From Styela clava (taxonomy: Eukaryota), in contig NC_135261.1 of NCBI RefSeq assembly GCF_964204865.1, positions 12,400,001 through 12,464,000 on the forward strand: DNA of 64,000 nt. Reading direction: 5' to 3'. This document shows, one piece after another, positions 39,601 through 53,035 of this stretch (the stretch's first letter is position 1; the number at the start of each line of letters is the position of its first letter). Below the pieces are notes generated by a model. It saw only the letters and a list, made by a program, of their open reading frames with translations, had not been told where the DNA came from and searched no databases. The position numbers and the translations under genes were made by a program.

Positions 39601-39770
39601 AAGTAGAAGTTTATTTCGACTTCATAATCAACATACTGGATGATAAAATAATGGATAAAACAAAACAAATAAAACTGATTATAGAATCTGGGGAGCAAAC
39701 AAAATCACAAGTATGGTTTAATGCGTAGAGATTTTAGATGGAAAGGTATATTAAAAGAAGTAGTAAATTT
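39601..39770 (-). mobile_element. Probable 3' end fragment of LINE family B, tail-to-tail with the long LINE
   Basis: Homology to 28742-28829 plus 29138-29225. Confidence 0.6.
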
Positions 39771-40096
39771 GGCTCACCTAAAAGTGGGTAGGCCTACTCC
39801 GTTTCGCGCAGAACCATGGCCGCTATCGTCCAACCATGGCGGCTGACTTTTTAGCTGCCACAAACAAATGGCGTGAGGAGGAGTACCAGGGCAGCAAATT
39901 GAAGCCAAGGAATGTAGGCTGTAATGGCAGAACTGCCCCAGCTGGTGACCCTTTGGGTACCGTAATTTAGAACATTTTCCTTATGGATACAGTTTTGATT
40001 GATATGGGGTTAGGTTTAGGTAAATAAAATTTCGCATGCTAAACTTATACGGTATCCGGTATAGCCTATTACCTTGTGAATATAGCGCCATAAAAC

Positions 40097-40300
40097 CGTT
40101 GGGTGGTTCACGTAACCGCTGGTCGGTTACGGCTTCCTCCACCACCAAGTCCATGCTTCCGAAAAAAACAAACAATATAACTAATCCCATACCCGACTTG
40201 GAATGGTAACCGGACGAGAGGCCGTGGTTCGCCATATGGATAAGCCGTCTTATCGGCTTTCCTCTCCCCCGGGATAAATATGTAAATCCTATCCTATCCT
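40097..40300 (+). mobile_element. tRNA-derived SINE, 5'-truncated copy
   Basis: Matches the 3' two-thirds of the 2205-2530 element; (ATCCT)3 tail. Confidence 0.9.
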
Positions 40301-40319
40301 AAACCATGGCAAGAGGCGT

Positions 40320-40418
40320 CTGTTTCCCTCTGTTCTGTGCTGTTTTCCTCTGTTTCGCGCTCTTTGCGGTGTTTCGAGCTGTGTTCAGTGAGTAAGTAGT
40401 AAGACCCGGCCGTAGGCG
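40320..40418 (-). repeat. Inverted copy of the LINE 5' region (34355-34447)
   Basis: Reverse complement GGTCTTACTACTTACT...CGAAACACCGCAAAGAGCGCG...CAGAACAGAGGGAAACAG versus GGTCTTGCTACTTACT...CGAAACACCGCAAAGCGCGC...CAGAACAGAGGGAAACAG. Confidence 0.85.
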
Positions 40419-41273
40419 ATTCACCTCTCGTTTTGTAATTTGTTCGTGACAGATAAATTCTTGAATGTGGTCACTGTCACGTGAATCTCGCACAGATTGG
40501 AAGTTACGGTGCCGTATGTCCAATCGTATCTTTTATTTGATCTTCCCTGAAGTGACAGTGAGGAACCATTGGTTCCTGCTGACGCGACGCAACAACGCGC
40601 AACGTTCCTTGGGTCTCATGTACTTATTTACCTGAGAAGATTTTTTTCGATTTTTGGACTTACCGGTACGGTACCGTAGTCTTCAAATTCAGAAATTCAA
40701 GGGACCGAGGCTGAGGGGAGAGAATTCCAACGTTTGGGCCCAGTCTGCCAGTAGATAAAATAAATGTGTTGAATTAAAACGGCCATTAACTCTGTAATAT
40801 AGTACCGGTACCGGTAATAAAATAATATCGGAATATAGAATTTATAAGAACAGGCAATGAGTAGGCTCATTGGAACAGGTAAACGAAACAAATTCCGTTC
40901 AGTCAATAGGTAGGCTATCCACTGCCTCATGTAATACAGTACTGCAGTATTCTGGTATTACGGTACTGATATTGTGGTTAATTTCAGTAATTCTGAATTT
41001 GGTGTACAATTTCTATATGTCCATGCCTGGTAATTATAACACAGTAATAGGATAGGAGTTTCATATTTATAGAGGGAAGAAAAGGATTGGAATTTTTCAT
41101 GTTACCAAATTAAATAAATATAATTTATTTGGATATAAAGAATTGTCAATGGATTTTAATTTGGCGAAAAATTGAACAAAAATTATGACTATTTTTTATG
41201 CAAAGTTCTGTGTTTTTTACATCCTGTAATACTCAATCAGACGTTTTCTGTAAATACTATATTATTCACAGTG

Positions 41274-44200
41274 ATGTTAGATTATTCCATGGTATACGCG
41301 AGAAAGAAGACTGTCCTTTTTGTTTTTTCTGTTCTTTTCCTATCACTGTTAGCATCCATAAGATACCAAAGTATTCCACAAATAATTGCCTTCGACGTGA
41401 GGCTAGAAGAGCACGGAGTCTTTAGGAATTCAACTCATTTACCAGGTAACTTTTCCGAAAAGTCTATTTCCAGTTTTAAGTTTTTTTAAATAATTTCTAA
41501 TGCCTGAATATTTTTTATTCCAATTTTTTATTATTTCGAGATGAATTCTGTTTAAATTGTTAGTGGCGCTATGTACCGCAATTAATGTATATCAAATATC
41601 TGAATATGTTTATTTTATAGGCAAAATAAACTGATCTTGTGTTTCTGTTTTACAGCCTCTTATCGGCCGAAAATTTTAATATGGGCGAAACAGTACCATA
41701 AAATTGACTGGACATTACCAGATTTACTCGCTTTTCACGGTGGGTGTGACGTTTCATGGGACAGAAATGAATACGCTACTAGTGATGCTATTTTATTTTA
41801 TATGAAATCTTGTAGTAGTAGAGATCTTCCAAATGCTAGGAAAAGGTTTGCACTGATATTTTGTTTTATATATCACAGTATCACACACTTTCCTATATGG
41901 GTTGTGTATTTTTCTTGTTTTACACTAAGGTAAATTGTGGCTTATATTAACATTCGGGAGTATAATTATGTTCTATGATCCATTATGACTATAGGCAATA
42001 GGAGGAAAATGTTCTATATCGATAGGCATTTTAATTAGGCCATAGCATAAATTACTGGAAATTGTGATGGTGGTTGTAGGCTGCATTGTCGAACCTAATT
42101 AGTAATATTCACTATCAGGCTTTGTCAAAACCACTCTGCATTCTGATAGTGGTTTTATGATATTTATTAGTGGTTTTGTAATTTTTATTATTATTCTGGA
42201 TAGCCTACAGAGATTGAATTTGATGATATGCGAAAGTTAGATAAACAGTGTTTTAATTGCATTTTCTATTTATATAATTAGGTTATGTTAGTAAAGTAAA
42301 AATTGGGTTATTTGGAAATGTTTCAAATGTTCAATTGTTTCAAATTCATTATTCATACTAAAGTTCAGCTGTAAGTGTATTTGGAATTGTGAAGGCACAT
42401 GTGCCTGATTTTATCATAGGATATTGGTCTCACATTGATAGTCGCGCAACGGCAGAAAAAATCAACCTTACAGGATAATAGTGATGGATGATCTACTTTT
42501 GATACATATTATTTAAGGATGAGCAATACATTGGAATGGAAATTTGAAGACAGTTGAAAGATATTTTTCAATGGTGATGTGAATCTATCGAACTTGCAGC
42601 ATTAGTAATAAGAAACATGTTCTTCTATTTCCACAGGAAGATTTGAGTGTTAATTAAGGAAGAAGTAGATTCAACCAGGATACATTTTAATTAATGCAAG
42701 GTGGATACAATATCTTGATATATATTATATAAAGGCAGATAAGCAATGTTTTTGAATAGCCTCAGTACAAAGTAAAAATTAGTAGCTGCAGAATAAGGTT
42801 AAATTTGAAGTCAATTAATGAAAGATAAAGTTATTCGTATACTGACTTGATATTTCCTTCTTTGGCAGATTCTCGAGAATTTTGATATCAGGAAAACGGG
42901 AGTTTACATTAAAAAAAGGGAATTTTAATGTTTACCTTGCATTTAATCGAGGTCATTACATGCGTCATAGGTCATGACCGTACTTTTCCTTTTTTATATG
43001 TTCAGCTTAGTAGTAAATCCCTATTTTTTGCTAGAACATATCTTAGTTTATATTTACAGGTTACCTGCTTGTATCTCTTTTTATATTGTCACTTTTTTCA
43101 TAACGTGGTCTATTTGAATTTACCGTCTCTTCCATTAACAGTTTTGTTATATGTTGATAAGAAGCCTTATTTTTGTTCTATTCAGAAGCAGACATCAAGC
43201 ATTTGTATGGTGGGCTCACGAATCACCATGGACTGTTCTGCATTATTATGGTCACAAATTAGAAGATTTTAATAATTATTTTAATTGGACAATGACATAT
43301 CGACGTGATTCAGATATTCTGGCATCGTTTGCTCCTACTCCAAGTATGGACTATTTGCTGTATAGGTTTGACAGGTCTGTATTCTTTATGTATAATTTCA
43401 TCTTTACATGTTTACTGCATATTAACTCAAATGTTTAAAGTGAGCAAATAAAATACATTCTGATTGTAAATGCTAAATGGTATTTGTGAAATTCAAAGCC
43501 TCCATTCATAATCCCATATTTAATGGTGTGATGTCCGCTATGGCCTAAACTTTTGGTCTTAGATCTTTTCGATTCAGCGCAGCTTAGTCGTTTACCTTCA
43601 AAAGGGTGATTGACAATGTGTTTGAAGTAAGAACTCAAGATATGGAACCTTTGGTTTGATAGGACATCTTATTTACAAACTATCACTAATCTTGATATCA
43701 TATTTTCATATTCATACTAGTCTTTTTCTTCTGACAAATAACATGCTTCATCTTTCATAGCGGCCTATGAATAAAGTTAAACTCCAGTTTGATTGCACAG
43801 AAGAATTTTACTATTAACTTTTTCACGTAATACTTATATATTCTTGTGCTTGAATGACTGTGTTCATACTTTTAAATTCGATCAAATAATTTTTTTCATT
43901 TTTTTTAATGTGACAGCTGCTCAAATACTTACATCTATTATCATTTTTCGTTTTATTGTACTCAAGTATAAAGATATTGCATATTAAGTTATCTATCCAA
44001 GTACCCGTAATCTGATAGCCTATTGACTTAAAACTTGATATTTGTTGTAACAAATATGGTACCTCATTGTTTTAGTATTTGGAGAAAATTCATAACAATT
44101 GAGTTTCATGCTCAATAGAATGAAGGTAAGATGCACACAATGCAAATTGTTTTGTAATTTAATTCTGAATATTAACTCTTATATATCTTTTTTTCATTAG

Positions 44201-47200
44201 TTTATAATTAATAAACTGTGTTGCGTAGCTCTTAATTTTTTTTCTTGTGTGTTATTATTTTTCTTACTATGGCATGTTATATTCTGTCAATATTTTCAAG
44301 GCATGAAATGATTGGATGAATAGGAAATTATTTAATTATTCAACTAAGTAATCCTTGGCAATTATTTGTTTACAATTACATGGGATAGGATAGGATTTAC
44401 ATATTTATCTTTGGGGAGAGGAAAGAGATAGAATAGAATGAAGGTAAGATGCACACAATGCAAATTGTTTTGTAATTTAATTCTGAATATTAACTCTTAT
44501 ATATCTTTTTTCTCATTAGTTCATAATTAATAAACTGTGTTGCGTAGCTCTTAATTTTTTTATTGTGTGTTGTTATTTTTTTATTATGGCATGTTATATT
44601 CTGTCAATATTTTCAAGGCATGAAATGATTGGATGAATAGGAAATTATTTAATTATTCAACTAAGTAATCCTTGGCGGCAATTATTTGTTTACAATTACA
44701 TGGGATAGGATAGGATTTACATATTCATCTCGGGGGAGAGAATATTTAGGAGGTATTAGTTTAATTCTGATCATGTTTTGAGTAACTAAATTATTTACTG
44801 GTTTGAAGGACTATTTACGAGGCTTTTCCTTGGTTTAATATATTCTTTTTTCTAGTAACTAAAATAATTATTGCGATTGAGTGGATAATTGGTTTCATTT
44901 TTTAATCATGTTTTGATAACTAAAATTATTATTACATTTGAGTGACTATTTGGTAGTAAGTAGTTTCAATTTAATCATGCTTGGAGTAACCCAAATAATT
45001 ATTTTATTTGAGTGGATATCTGAGAGTTACTGGTTTTAATTTAATCATGATGTGAGTAATTAATATAATTATTGCATTTGAGTTGATATTTGAGAGTTAT
45101 TGGTTTCAATGTACTTCTGTTTTAATTAAATGAAATAGTTATTGAGTTTGATTGGTTTTAGTTTTATTATTTTTTTTTTATTATTGTTTTGAGTAATTGA
45201 ATTGTTACATTTGGGTGTTCATTTGTGAATAATTAGTTTTAATTTAATTATGTTTTGAGTAACTGCTATAATTATTGGGTTTGAGTTAGTATTTGAGTGT
45301 TATTATGTTCAATTTTATCATTTTTTGGGTGACTAAAATAACTATTCCATCTGGCCGACTATTTGGTAATAAGCAGGTTCAATTGCATCATGTTTTGAGT
45401 AACTAAAATATTTACTGGTTTGAATGACTATTTACGAGGCTTTTCCTTGGTTTAAATGTATTCTTTTTTCTAGTAACTAAAATAATTATTGCGTTTGAGT
45501 GGATAATTGGTTTCATTTTTTAATCATGTTTTGATAACTAAAATTATTATTACATTTGAGTGACTATTTGGTAGTAAATAGTTTCAATTTAATCATGCTT
45601 GGAGTAACCCAAATAATTATTTTATTTGAGTGGATATCTGAGAGTTGCTGGTTTTAATTTAATCATGATGTGAGTAATTAATATAATTATAGCATTTGAG
45701 TTCATATTTAGGAGTTATTGGTTTCAATGTACTTCTGTTTTAATTAAATAAAATAGTTATTGAGTTTGATTGGTTTTAATTTTTTTTTTTATTATTGTTT
45801 TGAGTAATTGAATTGTTACATTTGGGTGTTCATTTGTGAATAATTAGTTTCAATTTAATTATGTTTTGAGTAACTGCAATAATTATTGTGTTTGAGTTAA
45901 TATTTGAGTGTTATTATGTTCAATTTTATCATTTTTTAGGTAACTAAAATAACTATTCCATCTGGCTGACTATTTGGTAATAAGCAGGTTCAATTTCATC
46001 ATGTTTTGAGTAACTGAATAAAAATTGCATTTTAGTGGATATTTGGTAGTTATTGATCCAAGTTTTAATTTAATCATGTTTTGTTTTGAGTAACTAGAAT
46101 AATTACTACATTTGAATGACTATTTGGTATTAATTAGTTTTAATTTACCGTAATCATGTTTTGATAACTAAAAGAGTTTGGCTTCTGGAGTGATATTTCC
46201 TTAAAATCCCTTGTATCCTGAGAGAGTGTTATTGTTCCATTAACCAGAAAACAAGCAATGGTACAAAATTTGCAAATTAATTTGGGATAGACTGGAGGGA
46301 GCGATACAAGTACAACCATAATAAGGTCAACAGAGTCAGCTCCCCCCAAATCCACCATTGAGATTGATAGTTAAAGTATATAAACATTGATCAAAAAGCT
46401 ACTTGTTGGAGGGATGACTATACCTTCTACAGAAAAATATTGGGTTTTAGTTAAGTAACAAAATGGTTCAATCTATGGACCCTTACTTGGCGTTGCAGAT
46501 AATAGATCAGGGGTTCAACTCCAGTAGTCAATCTGATATCCTGGACAATCCAATGAATTGAGATCTTTTCTCACGGTATCTCGATCAAATAGCTTTTAGA
46601 ATGTCTTTTGACCACATGGAAATAAAGGTCTTTACTTGGTGTCATAGTTGCCAAAAGACTCGGCGTGAACTTGTTACTTCTTACAGGAAAGGTGAAATGG
46701 TGAATAAAAAACTACTAAAGCGTCCTGTAATGTCAAATACGTCATTTGCGATTCAAAAGAAAAAACTTTTAGATAGCAAGTCACGAATGATTGCATGGGT
46801 TGCTAGCGATTGCGATGTTACAGAGGGTGCAAGTGAAAGACTAAAATTGGTTGAAAAACTGGAACGTTTAGGTTAGTACAATTGAGATTTCTGTTCTAAT
46901 GATTTTGCATGTTTTTAGCTGGGAAAGATAAATTAGCCATGTTTGCATTAACCTATTTTCGACATAGACATTTATAAATCGAGCTTTCACTTTTTGCAGG
47001 TAATATTCATTTAGACAAGTTTGGAAAATGTGCCAATGCTGAAATTCCTTACAACTACACAGTGTTATTTCAGACTTTGAAGCCTTACAAATTTTATTTG
47101 GCTTTTGAAAATTCTTATCATTGTAGGGATTATATAACAGAAAAAGCTTTTTATAATGGTTTGGTTGCTGGTACAGTTCCAATAGTCCATGGGCCAACTA

Positions 47201-47613
47201 TTGGAGATACAGAAAAAATACTTCCTAAGGGTTCTTTCATACATATCGAGAGTTTCAAGAATTTGACATCCCTTGCTGAATATTTGGTATATCTGGATTC
47301 AAACGACACAGCTTATTTAGAATATTTCAAATGGTGGAAACTGCATGGAACTCGCATCATACCCAGATTTGGATTTAATTATGGTTCTAGGCCTATTAAT
47401 TACAATAGAACTGATCCAGAGGACTTCCAAACTGTTGCGCAGCACAATGTTTGGACTTCTGCTATTCAGGATGACATGATGGAAATAGAAAGATTTGGGC
47501 TTTATCATTTGTGTAGAAAACTGTTGAAAATGGATCATATTAAGACTTCAAAATCGATTTCAAATCTTAGTCATTGGTGGTATGGTACTGAAAATGAAGA
47601 ATGTCTCAAATAA
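41274..47613 (+). CDS. Alpha-(1,3)-fucosyltransferase, glycosyltransferase family 10 (~449 aa, 5 exons)
   Basis: Exons 41274-41445, 41656-41845, 43186-43374 (same-phase alternative donor after 43365), 46687-46871, 47000-47613; GT-AG, phases consistent (1350 nt). Type II anchor RKKTVLFVFSVLFLSLL; ESP; FNWTMTYRRDSD; AWVASDC; YKFYLAFENSYHCRDYITEK; YLEYFKW. Start could be ATG 41289. Confidence 0.93.
44114..44740. repeat. Tandem duplication of ~310 bp in FUT intron 3; each unit ends in a minus-strand SINE tail fragment
   Basis: 44114-44420 is nearly identical to 44432-44740; both end GGGATAGGATAGGATTTACATATT..GGGGAGAG. Confidence 0.9.
44770..46170. repeat. ~69-bp satellite (~20 monomers) with a 9-mer higher-order repeat
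   Basis: Monomers begin ATCATGTTTTGAGTAACT; blocks 44770-45386 (617 bp) and 45387-45997 (611 bp) are far more similar to each other than adjacent monomers are. Confidence 0.92.
46218..46372 (-). mobile_element. LINE-like 3' end fragment, family C
   Basis: Reverse-complement homology to 33730-33885. Confidence 0.65.
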
Positions 47614-49684
47614 GGCGGCGTTGTATCACCTGATTCCAAACCTTTGCAATTCTGTCCATGAATTATGCATGTTGGAAAAAGGCGATACATGCAATTGGCT
47701 TCGGTTTGAAAATATGATTTATAAGTCGGCAGATAAACAATTGTCGAAATTAAAAGCAGAGGTGATTTGTTAAACTACATCGCTCGTACTATCATGCAAT
47801 ACCCATACAATGCACTTTTCACCATTTACCTTGATCATGCCATGAAATTTTTTTTTAATGGAATTTAGGACTTGTGTAATCCATCACAAATTGAGATCTT
47901 GAATTCTTTTTGTAGGTATGTCGTAAAACTGTTATACAATCTACAGTGTTAATAATATTTGTGTAGTCTTTGACTTTTTCTTTTGATTTACAATTTGTTG
48001 AATTATGAAATTTTATTCGGTACGATGCAGGTCTGATTGGACACGGAGTTTTCGGACAACAGTAGAATAAACTTAAACTCACCTTGTGAGGGTCAAGTCT
48101 ATTTTCTCAATTTGTGATTTTGTATCTTTTTTTCATTCACTTGTTTTTAAACAATTTATTTTCAAATTACAGTTGATCTTTCTTTTAGAAAATAAAATAG
48201 AAGCTTTTTCAGTATGATATAAATAAGTTCAAGGGTGTGCCCTGATTGGTACTTGTTCAGTAAATGTTTTCATTGTTTTGATATTTTACTATTTTATAAT
48301 GAGTTTACTTGTTTTTAGAGCGTATTTGCTTGGTGGCAATTTTCTATCAAATTAAATGAACCCCAAAAGTTATATATTTTCGAATATGTTACCACCTAGA
48401 TCTAATTAGACTTGAACCATTAGCCATTATGGTACTGATTATTTATATTTCTTTTATTGACAGACACTTATGATAGCTCATGAACTAGTACAACTTTACC
48501 TCGTTCAATGATTCGTTAATTTCTCATTTGATTTACCTTTTTAACATCACTGTGCTTCACTCTCAGCTTTATAATTGGTTGATTTACCTTGAAATGCAAG
48601 TTGTTTGTAATATTTTGGCATTTGTTAGAAGCTTAGCGGAGACCTGAGAAATCTTTTCATGTACAAGGCCTGTGGTACCACACATCAAATTTAAAACTCG
48701 TAGCATTTTTTATTTGATTTTTCAGCTCAAGTAATTTTAACCGTTTTTATTTATTCGCATAGTTGTTTTGATTCTCGTACCCCAATTCCACGACTTCGAG
48801 GCACGCCATTATTATTTTATGGCCTTCCTTTCGTCGTAATACTCTAAAAGTTGACTGATCTAAATTAGACCCAGACCAATTGCATCTGGCATTTTAAATC
48901 AAGCCCATGATTTAATGACTATTAGATCAAGAACTTTAGATCATGATACAACTATTCACTCCCAAAGCAAGTAAAATTGCTAGCGACGACCGGCGTGCCA
49001 AGAGCTGGAAACAGTTATCAAATATTTATTGACTCGAGACTAGATGCAAGCAGTTATCCAGTATATGAATATTTAATATGAAGAAATAATATTCACAAAT
49101 GTATACCACTCAGAATTACGACGTGACTTTTGCCGTTGTATTGGTGCTGTTTGGCACGGTGATTTTTAAAATAGAAAAATATATTCAAAATGTCTTGTAA
49201 GGTTAGTTCTTCCCAACCGTCGGTGTTAAGACTTCATCTCATTTTAATAGAAGGCGAAACATATTCGCGTGAAATAAAACTCTCAAGTAGTGGTAGACTT
49301 ACTGAAGATTTTAATTTCACGTTCTCGACGTACAACAATTTTCAACTAATTTATTTTTATTGTACCAGTGTTAATAAGAATTATATCTTGTGTATTGGAG
49401 TGTGCCATTACAATCATTAATTCAACATAAATACTGTCTTGTATTTTTCTGTCTGTTTCTTGTGTGTTACATTGATTAGCCTCGGCGCACGAAATGCTTT
49501 CTTTACCTGTAGGCCAAGGCTGCCCAACCCACGGCCCGCCATGCTGTTTACTGTGGCCCGAAATATAATGAGTTTAGACCTAAGCAGACTTTTAAATTTT
49601 TATAGGCTAGGGGGGGGGGGTCGTGATTTTGGCTTGATTATTTCGCCATCTACATCCAAATGTCAGTTTTATTTGTTATGGATG

Positions 49685-50943
49685 TAGGGATGGGCAATAT
49701 AGAATACCGAATCCCAAAGTATTCGAATCCAACAGGATTCGTTTTCCGCCTCTCCAACGCAATGCCTCAATTTCGGTTTTCTTATTCATAAATCAAATAC
49801 GAGGTTTTTTTCTCGCGTGGAAATTCCTCTCGTTTACTTAAGCTTGTGCCTGCTCACAAAGAACCCGTAAAATCGGTAAACATCAAACACGGTAATATCA
49901 ATCGGCATATTCAGACAAGAAGACAGCAAAGTACACCTCACGCCGAAGACCGTCGTTATCGCACGACTTACTGCGATATTCCGACAATCTCATGGCAACA
50001 ATCTAATTGTTTACAGATGCCTTGCTTCATTTTACATTAAATGACTTTTCGCGACCTGCGAGTTTTCCCAGAAAAATGCTATAAACCAAACGTTAAAAGT
50101 TATAACATTGCTTGCGATTAATATTATTACGCTATTTTCCGAAATACAAAGTTATATCGCAAAACACGACAATCTGTCACATATAAATTTCACTGTCAAA
50201 AGATCACGCATTTTCGGTCTGTTTTTAACTTTCAAGATAGACGCACGTTTGACCGAGTGTTCGTTGCATTTTAGTCGCCGATAAATTTAAAAAACTATTC
50301 AACTATTCTAGAATAGTAAATTAGTCTACGGGTCTAAGACAATTATGAAAATGAATCTGCAACCTAATTAATGTTATTGTGATTATGATCTTTCGTGTTG
50401 GCTTTGGTCGTTTCTGTTTCTTTCGTATCTGTGTTATTTTTGCGTTATAAAATATAAATACTTCTTAAATACGGTCACAGTCTATCCGTTAAATTTCTAA
50501 AAATATTATTTTAATATTTTATTAAATTATTATTCTCAATAGCATTTCTACTCATTCAAATTAATATATTCATTCAGAAATCATAAAAAAGTTACTTTAT
50601 TAGGTATTGATGTTTCGAAATTTATAAAACAGACCACTAAAAAGTTGTTGAAACTCACGCGATATTGACGCAAGTTATGTTCATTTAAAAATTGAAACAA
50701 TATCTTAGTCACTGGAAGAAAATAAATTTAAACATAACGCAAATATAACACTCTATTTTGACATCTTTGTTGACGAAAGTGTGTCCAGATTCTCGTGTGC
50801 TCGTCTGAAATCAGAAAGTGAGTTGTGCAATGCAAGCGTTTGGTGCAGCGACGAGCAACTAACGTGTCATGTCCAGGTCACGTGTTAAACAGCAAGTATT
50901 GAATTGTGAGCCGCTATGTATTCGAATATTTTGCCCAGCCCTA
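49685..50943. mobile_element. hAT (Ac-like) non-autonomous element inside an older CA(A/G)G..CCCAACC-type MITE (~49515-51103)
   Basis: TAGGGATGGGCAA ... TTGCCCAGCCCTA termini with sub-terminal ATTCGAAT motifs; TSD not recognisable; duplicated in copy B (~55470-56702) with the left tip deleted. Confidence 0.7.
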
Positions 50944-51858
50944 CTCAGTAATCATTGACTTTATGCAATTAAACTTGCTTTTGGGTATTATGTAAACTCA
51001 CGTGAATCAGCTGGTATATCAGTCAGGTGAAAACGTTTGCGTCCCGCAGTGAATTTCTTCATGTGAAAGTGGCCCGCGACACTAAAAAGGTTGAGCGGGC
51101 CTGCGGGGCCAAATCCGCATGAGCCCGACTTTCATGAAGAGCGATTCCTAACGTAGCATCTACATTTTGGATCATAGGTGAGGAAGTCAGTTTCAGAATA
51201 TCTGTAAATTCTCAGAAAACACGGATTCAATCGGAGCTGATAACACGGGTCGATTTCACGACGCAGTGGCATTGTAATTAGGGTTGGATAAATGATTATC
51301 CGAATGATTGATTTTGCTATCTGATATCCGGATATAATTGTGACGATTAACCGGATAATAAAGTGGCATAAATAATGCATATATATGCTCATTAGTGATT
51401 TCAATGTTTTTTGAGTGGCGGAGCATATCCCTCAGAGCATATAATAACAACCTTTATTCACACTTCTTGGGTATAATGTAGGCCCACTGGTGGGATTCAA
51501 ATTTTTTGTCAGTCGTTTCCATCACAAAATTCATATTTTTCAGCCGGTTCTGCTACATATTATTTAAGCAAATGAACTGATTATTCTTAATTACTTCCTA
51601 ATTAACATTTCAAAATAATGGTTAGGTAAGCATTAATTTGTCAAAATTAGCATCGGAATTTTTAATGATGTTGATGATTGTCCATATTGCTGTATATCAG
51701 GGGTCACCAACCTTTTCGAGGCCGAGGGCTACTTTCTGGGTACAGATTAAGCTGCGGGCTACCAGTTCAATGTACTATTCTAAAAAAGCCAGTTTGCTGG
51801 ATTAAACTTCAATTAATTACTGGTATTTAGTCAAGTAGAGACACTGATAGGATTAGTG

Positions 51859-53035
51859 CAGAGGTCTCAAACTCAATTTACTTGGGGGCCGCTAGGGCAG
51901 AGTCTGGATGAGTCCGGGCCGCATCAGGTTTTCCACAATAAAAGCTTAGCAATTCGTTTAAATTGTATTCCTTGTGCACTGCATCTTTAACTGTGCAGAT
52001 AAAACATGTCGGGATGCTCCTATGCTCAACAAAGAAATATTGCATTTCCCAGTTTTTTGAAATTGTCTGTGCTCATCACCAACCTTTCTGTTTACTGAAA
52101 CTTCACTTCCAACGACACGTTTAGGGATGTGCGAAATTATAAAATTCCATTTTGTAATAACTGTTGCTCTGATGTTTCAATCAAGCATTTAGCCGATGGA
52201 CAGTGATGTTTCGCCACATGGGAAACATGGTTACAATGTATCAAGATAAATCTAAGCGTTAGTGATTGTGACGTCAAAAATCATGGAACATTGTTTTTAA
52301 ATTATTTTAGGCGGTCCCGCGATCGAATATCAGGCCTACAGGTATGGTACTGGTAGGTTAGCGCACCGCATATTCCTTTCAGGGAATAGAAGATAACATA
52401 TTTTGTTTTGCACTAGTGAGAGTTTCCCTTTTTCGGCCACGCAACACTTACACTTTTTATATCTCTTCGCGGAACATCAAAAAATGAAAGGGTGAAATTG
52501 ATAAAGAAAAACGGTGCAATGTAGCGGTTCCCAATGGTTTCGCCGTGGCGAGTTGCAAATGCGCGAAAAAACTTTCAGCATTTCAAAGTAAAACCAGGTA
52601 GAGATGGAGGAAGAACGGTTGACCTTTTGCCTTTGTTTGTCTTTAACAAAGTCAATAGTTAACAGTCAAAAAGCTAACCGACGGTTAACGAAAATGTCAC
52701 TACCCTAACTTAGTTAGTCCACTTTAGGCCGACGGTGACGCAATTTTAAACGGTCAGTTGGGCAACAACTTCATGATTCTCAGATCGCCATGGCGACCAA
52801 TTTAGATGTATTTTTGATTTTTTTCCACGCAACACTCGGGAGATGCTCGCGGAACATTAGTTTTCTGCGGAACACAGTTTGGGAAAAGCTGTTATATTAA
52901 AAGCATTAATCATGCTAACTGAGCTAAGTGACTTGCGGGCCACACTAACATTAAACTTCAATACCAAGGCGGGGGCCACAAACTATCATCCCGCGGGCCG
53001 CAATTGGCCCGCGGGCCGCGAGTTTGAGACCCCTG
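51859..53035. mobile_element. hAT Buster-type MITE nested in the outer element
   Basis: TIR CAGAGGTCTCAAACTC ... GAGTTTGAGACCCCTG; TSD GATTAGTG at 51851-51858 and 53037-53044; GCGGGCCG sub-terminal repeats. Confidence 0.9.

Noticed and set aside
40200-40260. Hammerhead ribozyme-like core in the SINE body (CCGGAYGAG)
   Set aside because: Lacks CUGANGA and the GAAA half of the core.
44770-46170. CRISPR-like array
   Set aside because: Eukaryotic intron; whole monomers are homologous, with no unique spacers and no cas genes.
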